Shown piece after piece: positions 13,511 to 14,184 of a stretch of DNA of 14,184 bases (its first letter is position 1; the number at the start of each line of letters is the position of its first letter). Source of the stretch: an uncultured Candidatus Bathyarchaeia archaeon (GTDB lineage: Archaea > Thermoproteota > Bathyarchaeia > Bathyarchaeales > B26-1); assembly GCA_964499825.1 (NCBI GenBank), contig CAZCOP010000036.1, positions 1 to 14,184 on the forward strand, written 5' to 3'. The notes beneath the pieces were generated by a model. It worked only from the letters and a program-made list of their open reading frames with translations. It was not told where the DNA came from and did not search any database. A program made the translations under genes and the position numbers.

Positions 13511-14184
13511 AGGAGCCTCCTCAGCCTCTCCAAGCTCTCCTCAACCCTCTCTGTCGACTCTACGATTATGAAGCCCTCATAGCCCGCCTCCTTTAGGGCA
13601 TTAATAACCCAATCCCAGTTGATCCCCCCATATCCTATCCCCTTATGGGAGTCGCTCGTTCCATCGTTATCGTGGGCGTGTATGTGAACGATCCTACTCG
13701 ACAACCTCTCGATGAACTCAGCCACTTGATTGCTTATGTAGGCGTGTCCGATATCGAAGGCTAAACCTGGAGCGTCACTCCGCAACTCCTCATAGAAGCG
13801 TATGAAGTCGTCAACACTCTTCAATAGGAAGGGTGAGGGGTCGAAGATGTTCTCTATGGCTATCTCAATATCGAGCTGCCTGGCGGTCTCCAAGAGTTCA
13901 CGCGTGGATTGGATGTTCAACTTCCAGTCCAACCCGGGGTGGAAGTATGCGGTGCTGGAGTGTAAGCCTGGATGAAATACCCAGACCTTAGAGCCCAGCT
14001 CACGGGCGTAGAGCATCGACCTCTTCAGACGCTTCAGGGCAGCCCTCCTTATGGTTGGAACTGGGGAGGCTATATTCACATCAACGAAGGGGGCGTGGAC
14101 CGTCACCTCCAACCCTCCATCTTCGATCACGCGCCTCAAAGCCCTCACACGCCTCTCATTCAGAGAGTGTCCACCCTCATCCAC
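13507..14184 (-). CDS. Sugar phosphate isomerase/epimerase, xylose-isomerase-like TIM barrel (5' end lies beyond the window)
   Basis: VTVHAPF, VWVFHPG, IAIENI, FDIGHA and HIHAHDNDGTSDSHKGIGYGGINW form the typical metal-binding beta-strand-end pattern of the AP-endonuclease-2/XI-like TIM-barrel family. The ORF reaches the right edge. Its TAA stop (13507-13509) overlaps the TAG stop of the GT-C gene (13508-13510). Confidence 0.85.
   Translation of the reverse strand: MDEGGHSLNERRVRALRRVIEDGGLEVTVHAPFVDVNIASPVPTIRRAALKRLKRSMLYARELGSKVWVFHPGLHSSTAYFHPGLDWKLNIQSTRELLETARQLDIEIAIENIFDPSPFLLKSVDDFIRFYEELRSDAPGLAFDIGHAYISNQVAEFIERLSSRIVHIHAHDNDGTSDSHKGIGYGGINWDWVINALKEAGYEGFIIVESTERVEESLERLRRLL

Noticed and set aside
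1-14184. Chimeric contig or a recent large transfer at about 8800, suggested by the G+C step; also CRISPR arrays, tRNA and rRNA genes
   Set aside because: cofD and cofC on the left use the same AGG/ATA/CTA-biased codons as the right-hand block. The G+C drop is therefore mostly due to non-coding DNA and the JAMM gene rather than a different genome. I found no direct-repeat/spacer periodicity, no cloverleaf-compatible tRNA sequence (no GGTTCRAATCC-type T-arm) and no rRNA-like segment on either strand.

Overview
The window looks archaeal. Evidence: an aTrm11-type THUMP methyltransferase, CofC/CofD, a stand-alone JAMM protein, AGG/ATA-rich codon usage, and A/T-rich TATA-like boxes 30-45 nt upstream of several starts. 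It falls into three blocks. (i) 1-3100 holds a partial ORF, a mini ParB-like HTH protein and a compact F420 side-chain module: a nitroreductase-fold gene whose stop overlaps the cofD start, plus a convergent, overlapping cofC. (ii) 3101-8804 is an A/T-rich, gene-poor accessory stretch, only about 39-49% coding by my coordinates. It contains a frameshifted zinc-ribbon transposase relic, a secreted Ig-domain metzincin-like protease, a small unknown ORF, a 1115-nt ORF-free spacer with a perfect 16-bp inverted repeat, a 6-7 TM ECF-S-like membrane protein and an orphan JAMM/MPN+ metalloprotease. (iii) 8805-14184 is a tightly packed co-directional cluster with spacers of 17, 1 and 14 nt: class II HMG-CoA reductase, tRNA m2G10 methyltransferase, RNase Z and an STT3/AglB-like GT-C membrane protein. 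A convergent xylose-isomerase-like TIM-barrel gene follows and runs off the window. I found no rRNA, tRNA or CRISPR array. I did not find a clear-cut novel multi-gene system. The best leads are the nitroreductase-cofD coupling (a possible archaeal dehydro-F420-0 route), the inverted-repeat/GTTAGCTA motif cluster in the long spacer, the atypical secreted metzincin-like protease, the compositionally distinct orphan JAMM gene and the short STT3-like protein with a degenerate WWDYG motif. All family assignments rest on motif recognition by eye and need HMM or BLAST confirmation.
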